From Basidioascus undulatus (Eukaryota): a stretch of 36,463 bases of DNA. The notes beneath the pieces were generated by a model. That model saw only the letters and a program-made list of their open reading frames with translations. It was not told the DNA's origin and ran no database searches. Shown piece after piece: positions 12,683 through 24,943 of this stretch; positions within the stretch are counted from its first letter, which is position 1; the number at the start of each line of letters is the position of its first letter. The translations under genes and the position numbers were made by a program. The stretch spans positions 1 through 36,463 of the forward strand of contig JTLS01000057.1 of NCBI GenBank assembly GCA_000826855.1, in the 5' to 3' direction.

Positions 12683-13935
12683 TCATACTTCCCCCCCCTC
12701 CCCTCCGCGCCAGCGCCCAACGGCCCACTGCACCGCCCGAACCGGAACTGTCCCGCACTCTACCAGCCCCCCTCTGACCAATTCCTCCAGCCCTCCTTTC
12801 GCGCTCCACGCAAGCCACCCCACAGCCCATGCCCGCCCAACCCACTTGTGCTCGCGCCCGAGGCGGTCGAGCCCTGTTAGGCGCTCCAGGAGCAGCCCCA
12901 GCGGCTGGAGGAGGAAGAAGAGGAGGGAGCCGACGCCCGTGCCGGGCGAGAGAGAGTGGGAGAGGAGGGCGTGCAGCTGTGGTCGAGTTGTTGGAAGGTT
13001 AGATTGTGGAAGAGTAGGAGAAAGAAGGAGACGGGAGGGGATGGGAATGGGAATGGGAACGCACGAGACCGGAGAGGAGGAAGGAGAGCGGCCAGGCGTG
13101 CTGTGGGGGGAGGTGGAGGGACCGGAAGAGCGCGAAGGGGATGTGGGAGAAGGGTCTGTTCATCACTGCCTGGTCAGCATGGACTCTGTAGAGGATTAAG
13201 AGCCGGTAGGGAGGGAACGCACCTCTTCCAGTTCCCATGCCACCATCTCCACACGCCCCTCAAGTTCCGGACGCTTCCCCACTCCCCAAACTGGGCCGGC
13301 CAGGCCGTATGATCGCTCAACCCAAGGGAAACAAGACTCAGCGCCAAGGCCGAGTAGGTGAGTTTGAGAAGTGCGAGGATGTACGCCCCTAGCGCGAGGA
13401 CGTGCGTGTACGGGAGAGGCGTGACGAGGCGCGGAAGGAGGAGGGAGTCGAGCGCGTCGAGGGTGAGGTAGGATACGAGCAGGTGGAGGGTGTGGGAGAG
13501 GAGGAATTGCCCGCGGGTGAGGGTCGCGGGCGGAAGGGGCGGTGTACCGCTCGCGAGCCAGTTCCAACCCACGCCGCGGAAGGTCGACCACCATCTCGCG
13601 CTCCACCGGAGCCTCTCCGCCCAGGTCCAGTCGCCAGGGTACCCCTGCTGCCCGTCTTCCCGGAAGGCGGACCAGCAGTCGCCCGAGCAGAGGAGCGCGT
13701 CCACCGCGCGGAGGAGGCACCCCAGCGGGATGGAGGGCAGCCCCCAGCGGTGCCCAGGCGAGGCGAGCGTCGTGCACGCGCGGAAGGAGGCGTAGGTCGT
13801 TAGGAGGAGGAGAGGGGCGAGGAGAGGCCGGGAGATGCGTTGCGGGAGGGAGAGCGCAAGGACGTGTAGGGGGAAGGGCGAAAGGAAGGGGAGCAGGAAG
13901 GACGGGTGCAGATGCTCGGGGAGAAGAGAGAGCAT
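12683..13935 (-). CDS. Membrane-bound O-acyltransferase (MBOAT_2 / wax synthase-like)
   Basis: Hydrophobic protein with FRGVGWNW, WPAQFG..RNLRGVWRWWHGNWKR, SFLLSGL|LH (conserved His), FFLLQPLGLLLE and GRAWAVGWL. Two GTGCGT..CAG introns; the last exon 12976-12683 ends in TGA. The start codon is uncertain. Confidence 0.85.
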
Positions 13936-14654
13936 CAGGCTGTAGCGGGGAGGGATGGTGGTGGGGACTGGGAGAGATGCGGGAAGGAAGGGAGGAGCAT
14001 GGAATGGGCGGATGAGGGTAGGTCGGTGAGCGAGCACAGGACCAGTCCATCCCGTTTCGAAGACGAGCGGGGCCCCTGGCGGACGCTGCCTTGCATCAGA
14101 TCGCGTATGTTAACGCGGCTGTCGGCGTCGACGATGGTGCAGCATAGATAATATGGGCTGGGACTTTGAAGACTGCTTGTGATGATCACTTGTAAATGTT
14201 TTATCTTAGCTGTTGGTGGGAGCCAAGTAGAAGACAAGACCCAGCCGATGACAGCCAGGCGAAATGAGAGCGGAATCTTTCCACCTCCCTGTGCGCCGGC
14301 CATTCATCTCGTGCCTTTTGTTCATACTGCGAGCCGCATGGGAACAGTAGAAACAGATATTTTAATGTAGAGGATCCAGATTCATCAAAATGTGACTCTT
14401 CAGGTTCGTTCCTGTGCAGAAGTCTGGGCCTCTGAAATGGCGCGGCCTGTCCGACACCGCTGCGACTTCACGGAGCAATGTATCATGCAATATCGAGCAT
14501 CAAAGCAAACTGTTTCTACCGGTGCAGTTACAATATCCACCCCAGTCCCGCTTCGCAGACTGACCACACCATCCCGGCCATCCCGCACCTCTCATATTCA
14601 CCCAGCCGCTGGCGCCGGTGCGGCCGGTGCGATCCTGCGTCCTCCCGCACCTGC

Positions 14655-15244
14655 TCAGCGACTGCGAACCCTCGCAAAGCCCAAGTACCGAAGCCAGAAA
14701 CGTACTGCGAGTTCCTCAACACTCGCAGCCGAGCCTTGATGACGTCCTGGCGACTCCGCCAGTTCTCCTTCCATGCTGCATGCTGTACGGAAGAAGTCGG
14801 CGAGTGACCTCGGAAACATCAACAGAGCAGCCAGGTCCTTGTGCAGGGCGACTTGACGGACACCGCTCGCGAGAACCACCTTCGCGCGGTCGATGTCGCC
14901 GCCGCAGTGGTGCATGTAGGTGACGAGTATGGTGAGCTCCTCGGCTCGAACATGTACCTGTGCGGCGATCAAGTCAGAAAAGCGGTAAAGAAAGAGGCAG
15001 GGTACAAGATATTATGCGGGATAACGCACCCATGCCCATGTATCTTGAGCGGCGTCGTACGCTCGGCCAGCTTCGGAGGTCCGGCAAACTGAGGCTGGGG
15101 CGGCGGCGGCGCGACGGGCTCGCACTCGGATGGTCCTGGTACTGGAGCAGGGTCGGGACCGACCACGGCTACGTCAGACGCCTTCCGCGCCGCCAGTTTC
15201 TCCCTCAGGCGGTCCAGGCGCGGCTGGAGGACGTGCGAACGTGC
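14655..15244 (-). pseudogene. Frameshifted gene relic of unknown family
   Basis: Exon 15244-15030, a canonical intron 15029-14958 (GTGCGT..CTGAC..CAG), then GYMFEP/EELTILVTYMHHCGGDIDRAKVVL, which needs a 1-nt frameshift near 14943. No start exon found. Confidence 0.35.
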
Positions 15245-16746
15245 CTGAGCAGGTTCCCCAGTAGCTTAGTAGTAACAGTGACAGCCAGTAGCTCCAGTGG
15301 CAAACGTGCCATTGCCAGAGTCCAGAGTAGTACAGTGTCACTGAAGAGAGAGATTGCGCCCTCCTAGACTACCAAAAGTCTTGCAAAGCTCTTCACTGCT
15401 ATACTCCGCTGGTCCACCGAGGATCAGTGTATCGCGAGATCTATCCGAGTCCCCTTTTCTTCCTTTTGCCACAGCAAAATTGTTGTTTGCCACCTCGTTT
15501 TTGTCATTTCCACCGACCTCCCACCCTCCTACGACCTCGTATCAGCACCCGTTCACAAACCCTCAACCTCCACAACCTCGAAAGCACCCTCAGACCCCAC
15601 GACACCGCCGTTGCCACCTGCTTTTCGACATCCAGACCCCCTTCCTGTTTATTGCCACCCACTTTTCTGCTGTCGCCACTGAGAAATTGTCACTGGTCCG
15701 TCCATTTCTCTACCTAGGCTACAGAAACACACCCTTCCCCCCACCAGTACACGGTCGTTTTGGCCTGTAACAAGACACCCGCCAGAATGTAGGGAGACCA
15801 ATTCCAACTTCGTTCCTCAGGGGAATCGGAATGTGAATGACAGAATAAGCTCGCCATGCTGATCATGGCGGCCTGTTTAGCTAACCCGCAATTTCCTGCC
15901 ACCCAAACAAGACAAACAACACGCACAATTGGATACCGAGCGGTGTGGTCGGGTGGACGCTGGGGGCGCTGGGAATGAGGGTCGGGAGCTGAGCGGGATT
16001 TTAGAGGTCACTCGTCGGCCAGCGTACAGCATGAAGGGAAACTGGGTGGATAAATCTAGTTGGGCTTTCGAAATTTCGGACGTCCACACCACGCGCGCCA
16101 GGAAATGGTGTTCGAGACATGACTGCGATAAACGTGACTTCCATAGAGGTGTGATAGCATGAGTACGGCAATGTTCCTCCAAGTCGCAAAATGTTAACAA
16201 AAATTTTCAGTATAGTTTGCAGTTGGCGGCCACGACGAACACGTAGAAAAGAAAGCAAACGCATTCTTCCGCGTTGTCCCGGGAAATTGCATCATCATCA
16301 GAAGATCCTCGGAGATTCCCACGCTTCTCGAGCCCTTGCGAGGACTTGCGAGGAGCTTCGCCCGCCTTCCTCGACCCAAGCTCCATGCCCCGCCTCCCCG
16401 TTCCAACCGAACAAACATAAAGCGCTGATCACTCACCGCCTGAAACACCCACATTCACGCTCACCAATTTTCGAAAGACATTTACGCACGCACGCTACGC
16501 TGAATTACAGGTACGTGGCATCGGAAGAATAGGTTCCGAGCGGCATGTACGGGAAAGTTGCGAAGACGGACAATCGATTCCTCATCTTCTTTCGCTCGTT
16601 TCGCTTCGCCATTCCACCCTTTCGTGACTATACTCGATTCGTAGGCTGACGGTCGTCACCGGGACTTTCGAACAGCGCTCCTGTTCGCACATTCAACCCC
16701 ATCGCACACATTTTCTCTGAAGTCTTGAAGACGAGAATACCCAATC

Positions 16747-19700
16747 ATGTGAGTGTCTTTAGACCATTCGGATCTTCTCCTCACATCAGTTTACTGACAA
16801 TTTCCCTGTGTATTTTCAGGGCGTCCATGCCTGAGTACGCATATCTTTTGCCGCCCACCCTTCTCGCCGCTCTCTCTTGACACCTCCTTCCCCCTCACTC
16901 AGATTCACCGACCGTTGCCAAGAAGTCCTCCAGCAAGCGATCCAGACCGCGAAGGACTACAACAATGCGCAGCTCTTCCCCGCGCACCTCGCATACGCAC
17001 TTCTAAACGAGCAGCAAACGCGCGAGGGCCAGAAGTCCCTCTTCGCATCCGTGCTCGAGAAGGCCGGAGTCGACCTCCAGCAGGCGAATCGGAGCTTCCA
17101 AAAGCTCATCGTTCGGATCCCGAGCCAGGAGCCGGCGCCGGAGGAGGTCAGCCTGTCGCCGGCTGCTGTGAAGGTTATCAAGAGGGCACAGGAGATCATG
17201 AAGGTGCGTCTTCTGTTCTCGCTCCTTGCACGCCCTGCTCTTCATTGTCCCTAGGGTGCTGACGACATTAAGGAGGCATGCAGACCCAGCACGACAGCTA
17301 CGTCGCGCAAGACCACCTGATCCTCGCCCTCCTCGAAGACGACAGCATCAAGCAGGCCCTGAAAGAGGCCGGGCTCGCGTCCGAAAAGGCGATCAAGACC
17401 GCGCTCGACCAGGCGCGCGGCGGGCGGCGCGTGGACAGCAAGAACGCGGAGGAGGGCTTCGACGCGCTCAACAAGTACGCGACGGATCTGACGGCGGATG
17501 CGGAGTCGGGTCGGCTGGACCCGGTTATTGGACGCGTACGTGACTTTTCCCTCATCTGAGCGAGAGGAAAGGAGAAGATGACTGATGTGGGTGCGGAATG
17601 GGGACAATTGGAACAGGACAACGAGATTCGCCGTATCATCCGCGTCCTTTGCAGACGCACAAAGTCGAACCCCGTCCTGATCGGCGAGCCGGGTGTCGGC
17701 AAGACGGCGGTGGTCGAGGGCCTCGCGCAGAGGATCGTCAACCGCGACGTGCCGGCCAACCTCCTCGGTCGTCTCGTGCGTCTCCTAATCCTCTTCTCCT
17801 CTCTTTTTGCCTTTCTGTTCTAACGCAAGTCCGGAATGATAACAGTTCGCGCTCGACATGGGCGCGCTTATGGCGGGCGCCAAGTACAAGGGTGCGTTAT
17901 AGTTCCCATTATCTCTTCCCTGTCCCCTCCGTCGAGCAGACCAACTGACTGCGCGTTGGTATATAGGCGAGTACGAAGAGCGCGTCAAGGCGGTCCTGAA
18001 CGAGATTGAGAAGGTCGGGGAGGAGGGCACCCAAGTCATCCTCTTTATCGACGAGCTGCACTTGATCATGGCCGGCCGCGGCGCGGAGGGTGGCGGGATG
18101 GACGCTGCCAACCTCTTCAAGCCTATGCTTGGTGCGTCTTGCCCCTTCAACATTCCGCCACCATCCACTTCGAGTGTGTAAACAGGAACTGACTGAGTGT
18201 GTTCGTGGCGCTGGTACAGCTCGTGGCAAGCTCCGCGTCATCGGCGCAACGACACTTGCTGAGTACAGGCAGTACATCGAAAAGGTTCGGGCTTTCATTT
18301 CCTGGATTACATCCCAAACTCATACCAACGCCCGAGGCAGGACGCGGCCTTCGAGCGCAGGTTCCAGCAGGTTCTGGTCGTCGAGCCTAGCGTCCCGGAG
18401 GCGATCACCATTCTCCGCGGCATTTCGCACAAGTTCGAGGTCCACCACGGCGTACGCGTCCTCGATGGCGCACTCGTTCAGGCCGCAACACTCGCCAAGC
18501 GGTACTTGACTTCGAGGCGTCTGCCAGACTCGGCCATTGACCTGTAAGTCCCTTCCTGATCCTGCGCCCCGACGCCGCTCTGCTTGGGTGCTGACGCGAC
18601 TTATTTTTCACTCTTTCTCAGCGTGGATGAGGCCTGCGCGGGCGTGCGCGTCGCTCGCGAGACTGCGCCCGAGGCAATCGACCGACTCGAGCGTCAGAAG
18701 CTCGAGCTCGAGGTGGCGATCCACGCGCTTGAGCGGGAGGTGCGTCAATATACTTCCGATACTTCCGAAGAGTTATGGTGCTGATGTTTTGAAACACGAG
18801 CGACAGACGGACAAGGCGTCTATCGACCAGCTCCAGGAGGCGAAGAAGACGCTCGCCAAGATCGACGAGGAGCTTCGCCCGCTCAAGATGGCGCACGAGA
18901 GCGCTAAGCACCGCGGGGACGAGCTGAACGCGGCACGTCGGAAGGTCGACGAACTCGCGGCTAAGGCTAACGAGGCGGAGCGGCGGTACGACTTGGCGAC
19001 GGCTGGTACGTCTCTCAGCTCTCCTCCTTGAGGCTCATCGACTCATTGAATGGGTGAACAGCTGACATTCGCTACTACGCCATCCCCGACCTGCAAAAGC
19101 GCGTGCGGGAACTCGAGGAGAAGAAGGCCGAAGAGGAAGCTTCGGGCGCGGCGGAGGCGACAGACATCGTTGGGCCCGAGCAGGTGCGTGTGCCCCCTTC
19201 TCTCTCCCCTTCCTCGCATCCTTCTGATAGGCATCAAAATACAAGATCGCCGAGGTGGTGGCGCGGTGGACGGGCGTGCCAGTACAACGGTTGCAGACAA
19301 GGTATGCCTTTCGCTTCGCTGGTCAGCGTTCGTTAGAGAACACTGTAACGCTCACCTGTTCGGTCCGTGTAACTAGTGAGAAAGAGAAACTTTTGCGAAT
19401 GGAAAAGATCCTGGCGAGGCATGTTGGTGAGTCAGCGCTCCCCCCAGTCAGTTCTGGTGGGCGTCTACCGTTTACTGACTTCTGCGCGCACTCAGTCGGT
19501 CAACCCGAGGCAGTCAAGGCGGTCTCGAACGCGATCCGCCTCTCCCGCTCCGGACTCGCGAACGCCAACAGGCCGATCGCATCGTTCTTGTTCTGTGGGC
19601 CGTCCGGAACGGGCAAGACGCTCCTCACCAAGACACTCGCGACGTTCCTCTTCGGTGCGTTTTCTTCTTGAGCTGCGGCTTTTTTATCGCTTGTCGTGAT

Positions 19701-20959
19701 ACTGACATGCGTGTGATGGCAGATTCGGAGCAAGCCATGATGCGCATCGACTGCTCAGAGTACTCGGAGAAGCACGCCGTTGCGCGGCTCATTGGCGCTC
19801 CGCCTGGCTACGTCGGCCACGAGAGCGGCGGTGTCCTCACCGAGTACGTGCGCCGCAAGCCGTTCAGCGTGAGTGTTTTCCTTTCTTGCGTCTTTCTGAC
19901 TACGAAGCTGATGGCCTCGGTGTGGGATAGGTCATCCTCTTCGATGAGATCGAGAAGGCCGCGCGCGAGTTCGTCACTATCCTGCTCCAGGTGCTCGACG
20001 ACGGCCGCCTCACGGACGGACAAGGGCGCACGGTCGACTTCAAGAACTGCGTCATCATCATGAGTAAGTTGCGATTCCTCGCTGCCGCTTGCTGCAAACA
20101 CCTGACACTGGCGGTCTACAGCCTCCAACCTCGGCGCTGCGCACCTCAACGACGCAATCGGCTCGGGCGGCTCCGTCTCCGAGGCCAAGGGACTCGTCAT
20201 GGCCGCAATTCAGGGCCACTTCCCGCCGGAGTTCGTCAACCGCATAGTGCGTCCCAACTCGATCATGCATGCTCCTCGCGCAGATGCTGACGATTCTTCG
20301 ACGCACACAGGACGAGATCGTCATTTTCCGCAGCCTTCGTCCTGAGGATGTGCGCAAGATCGTCAACGTACGCTTGGACGAGGTTCAGAAGCGCCTGCAC
20401 GCCAATGGCAAGAACATCAAGATCGAGTTGGACGAGGCCGCGAAAGACGTACGCTTCCGCTGCTCTTGCCCCGCCCTGTCTGCGTCGATGGTCTTGTCTG
20501 GGCTGACTGGTCGCTTGCCTTTTTTAACCTCTGCAGTGGTTGGCTTCGGTCGGCTTTAACCCTGCATATGGCGCCAGACCGCTCAACCGCACCATCCAGG
20601 TATGTTTCCATCTTCGTTTTTTCGTTGCATGTGGTAGCACAGGCTGATGTACCTGGAGAAATTGCGTAGTCCGAGCTCCTCAACCCGCTCTCAGCACTTA
20701 TCCTCCAGGAGCGCGTCCTCGATGGGGAGACGGTCAAGATCACCCTCGACGCGAAAGCCAACAGGCTCGTCGTTCACCCCAACCACGAGGGCGCGCAGAT
20801 GGACCTCGACGACGGTACGTCGGGTGCTTTCGCAAACTCTCCCGCAGTAAACATGTAGTACATGGCGTTTCTGACTCTTTGTGGGTGATCGTCTCTTCTA
20901 CAGAGGACCTCGACAACATGCAGGACGAAGAGGACGTTCAGATTGAGGAGCTCCAGTGA
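16747..20959 (+). CDS. HSP104: Hsp104/ClpB AAA+ disaggregase
   Basis: 22 exons splice in frame: MASMPEFTDR.., [20 protein letters not shown] (Walker A1), [32 protein letters not shown], coiled-coil middle domain, GPSGTGKT (Walker A2), [31 protein letters not shown], and the acidic tail [13 protein letters not shown]. No mitochondrial presequence, so the cytosolic Hsp104 type. Confidence 0.96.
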
Positions 20960-21459
20960 TCGGCTGTTTGACCCCTGCATTGCTTCTCTTTCTCTTCTCT
21001 TCCACTTTAGTTTAGTATTAGTTGTCGCCCATGTTGTAACTTGTTCCGTTTCATGTCCCGCATCGTTCGTCGATCGTCTTGTTCTGGTAGCAGCGCAAAT
21101 CACATCTTGTTGGTCTTGACTGGTCTGATATGCGAGTGATTCCTGGTCCGCTTGGCATGATTGTGCCTTAATGAGTTACTAAAAGACGTCTCTGAAAACA
21201 TTATGTGGCCGTTCCGCTCCTGAGCCGAGTGAGTTGGAGGGAAGAGGTGGCAGTCGGTTAATTCCTGGCTTGAGTCGGGTGTAGGATTTAAAACACTATA
21301 ACAACATGCACGTCGCAATGATATTGTGCATTCCTGCAAAAGGAAAAATAAAAACCAATAAAAAAGGTGACATGATTCAGTAATGAGCTAGCCCCATGTG
21401 GCGGGCGTGCGTTGCGGCTCCTCGCCGTTCCTCGGCCTCTGCTCCTCTCTATCATCTCC

Positions 21460-22533
21460 ATGGTCAACAAGATCGATCAACCTCACGCGTCCAATTCTTT
21501 GAACGGCCTACCCGCTATCGGCGATCTCGTTCGGCTGAACATGCCCGCGCTCGACCAGCTGCACTCGGAGGGGCGCCGCTCTTCCGGCGCGAACTTTTCC
21601 TCTGCAGCCTCCAGGAGCTCTTGCTCCAGCAACTCCTGCGCTGGTTCTCACAATAAAGGCGCAATACACCTCGCTTTGTTCGAGCGACCATTTTCGGTGC
21701 CTACGGGGCAGCTCGTCAAGCGTACCCTCTCCTGACGTTCGGCGGCTCCTCCAACCCGACATGCCGACAGGCGTCGCAGCAATCGCGCTCAGGCCGGAAA
21801 GAGAGCACGAGTACTTCATCCCCGTCCCTTTTCATGGTCCTGAAGCTCCGGCTCCCACACCTTCCAGCTTCAGCACCCCCCTCAGGACGGGATCATGGCG
21901 GAACGATTGCCAGGCGTGGTTGCGCTTGAAACAGAGATCGTGGTGTTGGGCGAGCACGATCCTGTGCGTGTCTCCATTTGAGTTTATCCCTCGATTGATT
22001 CTAAGCTGTGAGTGGATGCAGTTTTCCATCGCGGACCCCACGTGCCGCCACGACGCGGGGTGAGCTCGCGCGACTTGAAGGCTACCGCCTCGCGCTCGAC
22101 GCTGGCATCGCCCCGCCCTTTTCGCTCCGTGACAGGAGTAGTTGGGGCGGTGGCGGGGCAGACGACCAGGGCGCTGGCGGCGCTGGCTCATCGGCGCGGC
22201 TGGCGGGGGTAGATGGTGCTGGAGCTTCGGGGCAGGATGCGAGTGGGCGGACAGGGCTCGGGTGGGACAGACGGCCGCGCATTTAGCGATGGCGCGGTTG
22301 ATGGCGGCTCCATGGCGGCGATGACGACGAGGAGCTCGATGACGAGGACATCCTCTGGGAGGACGACGACAACATTGGCATCATCGAGCGTCTCGAGGTC
22401 TATGCCGCGGTCTATGGAAGGCTCCGACCTCGAGCTGCTGCACCGCTACCGCCAGATGGAGGCACAGCAACGCGACGGACGGATCGACCAGTGGCGCATG
22501 AGTTGCGAGCGAGCGCAGTCTCCGGGCTCGTGA
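21460..22533 (+). pseudogene. Multiply frameshifted gene of unknown family (possible PemK/MazF-like N-terminal fold)
   Basis: Protein-like blocks in changing frames: MVNKID..LPAIGDLVRLNMP..GQLVK / AYPLLTFGG / EYFIPVPFHGP..PLRTGSWRNDCQAWL, an in-phase GTGCGT..CAG intron (21964-22021), a Gly-rich linker, DDDEELDDEDILWEDDDNIGIIERLEVY / SDLELLHRYRQME..GRIDQWRMSC..TGA. Confidence 0.55.
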
Positions 22534-24943
22534 AGCTCTGCCATAGTCCGCACCCGTCCCGCCGCTGCACACCTCTTCTCCGGATCCCACTCCGGATCTC
22601 GTTTCCTCTTCGTTACGTTCATCTTCTGCGTCCACCATGCATGTAATACTCTCGCATTGGCTTGGCCAGAACCACGTCGATTCACTCTTCGAGCTTCCAA
22701 CACGCTGACGGACTCCTCGACCTTTGAGCTCGCGCTGCGGGTATTAAGGATGTGTTTGTGGCTTTGGGCAAGGTGGCGGAGCGGTAGACGTATATCGACC
22801 TCACTTCCCAAACCTTTCAGAACGTTCAAACACAAGAGGCGGGCGATCAATTTACAACTTCAGGACATTGCGCTGGATCGACTCTTTGTCAGGGCGCTCA
22901 AGTGCGCGCGGAGTGCATGCCAACATCGAAAGGGCAACAAAGATTCTAAAAGGACCATCGTTCAGCTGGCGTAGTGCGGGTGTCAGGGGGAAGACGTACC
23001 ACCTTTGATACTGACCGACTTTGCCAGTCAATGCAGAAGAACCCACTTGACGCACAACAGGTTCCTCGCGAACATCTCCCCAATGGGCTCGCACCCGTGT
23101 CCCAAAGCAGTCGCGGTGGCCTTGGTACTGGGGCGGACGATGAGGCGCTTTGGCAGAGGGATCGAGGGGCCTGTGGTCGGAGAGAAAGCTGCAATGCCTT
23201 CTAGGCAATGGGGGAGGCCCAGGATGCCGGTATGGGCCTTTGAATCACCCCTAGTGGTCTCAGAAGCACGTAAAGAGGGAGGTCCTATTGGAAGTCACGG
23301 TCTGGCAGAGAAATCATCAATACTGGAGGCGGTAAGCTGTAATATGAATCTCTCTTTCCAGAGCTTGCGAGTGTCTGTCTCCACCACTCCGTCCTCTGCT
23401 TCCTGTGCTATTCGTGTGTATGAGAGCCGGAATTGGTTGACAGTAAGAGCGGCTACACATACTCGGCATAATCTATTCAGAGGCAATCATCGACTGGACG
23501 ACGTCCCCACTGCTTCCTGCCTCTGCTCGCTGCCGCGGGCCCGCAACCATGGGGGGGTATCAGTGAACGCCACCGCCCTCCATGTCTCTTACTAACTCTT
23601 CTACGCAGGCCTTGGCTATAATGCAGAACCCTGTCTAGAATCACTAATTTTCCCGAAATATTGGCTCTGAAGAAGGCCGCGTCTCATCTTTGTGCGTCCA
23701 CAGAAGGCGGGTGGTTCTTTCAGGCCGTCGGTCACATTTGCCTCCGGAGGCGCATTGAAAGGAGGAACAACGAGTCTCCGGTTCCCAACGACATCAGTGT
23801 GAACTTCTGAATAGATATTCTACCTCGTGTAAATAGGAAGGCATCGTGATGACAGTGTAGTGCGCATTGACCTGGACAAGGGAGCGAAGCCCAGCGCTCA
23901 TTCGCTTTCACCCTTCACTACAAACGGCAGACCGTCGTCTGCAACGTCGACCAGTGACATTTGAGATCTTCCCAAATTTTTGGTAACTTGTCATATTTTA
24001 AGGTATGTTGAAGGATATAACTTACACGCTTTGCTCGCAGTTCTAGTTTCAAGTCCGCAGCTTCTTTTTTCACGCTTCTGATTGCTACTCTGGGTCGACT
24101 GCTGCAATTGCAATTTACCCCATGCCAGCCACACCTGGCCACATCCTTTGATCGCTCTTCAAGCCAAGGGGTGCCAGGATGTTGTGATTCTGGAAGACTG
24201 AGCGGAGGGACCGACGAACGCGAGACTAAGGCCCACGAGGGAAGGGCCAAGCAGTTGGGACAGGCGCCTGTCACACGCCTCCATGTGGCCCCCACTTCTG
24301 CCCGACTTTTGCCCCACCTTTCACGCTGTGAGAACTTGCACTTGCTTGCACAGCTCCCGGGACCCGATACCCCCCTGCAGCGCGGCGCATTGATGTTGAT
24401 CTTTGCCATGAACGTCGGTGTTCAATTAATAGTCTGAATGTTACTCACTTAAGCGGTTATAAATCGTTTTTGATGGTTGTGAAAATCTGAGTGCAAATCT
24501 TTTCATCCAGATTGCCCGTGCCTCACGACGAGAGTTCCTCTCGGAATCCTCCCATCGTCGTGCCAGATGCAGCCGGGGCCTCGTATACGCTGCTCGCGCA
24601 AGGCGACCTTCTGGAAGAGACATGTGGCAAGCGCCTCCTCGTCATTTAATCTCCGAACTGACAAGCGGCTGGCGCTAGCTTCCAAGCGAGTTCGGCGACA
24701 ACCGCTTGCATCTTGGTCAATGAACGTCAGCGTAATTGATTTGCTGAAAGACTTCTCAGTTCGGGCATTGAATAATAACTGCCGTCGGTTCGCCAATTGA
24801 ACAGCTCGGAAACTTGCGATCGTCTATCTTACATGGACTGCGAGGACACCTCAAAAGTGTCACCCACAACTTCTAACCACAGACTGCGGCTAAGTACGTC
24901 TACTGCGGGTTATGCGCAGCGAAAGCGTCTAATTGGCATGAAG

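Noticed and set aside
16069..16330. Heat-shock elements upstream of HSP104
   Set aside because: Only two-unit matches such as cGAAatTTCg (16069) and TTCtcGAG were found, with no clear three-unit nGAAn array.
22540..24440. Possible transposon remnant
   Set aside because: No transposase, RT or integrase motifs, LTRs, TIRs or target-site duplications were seen.
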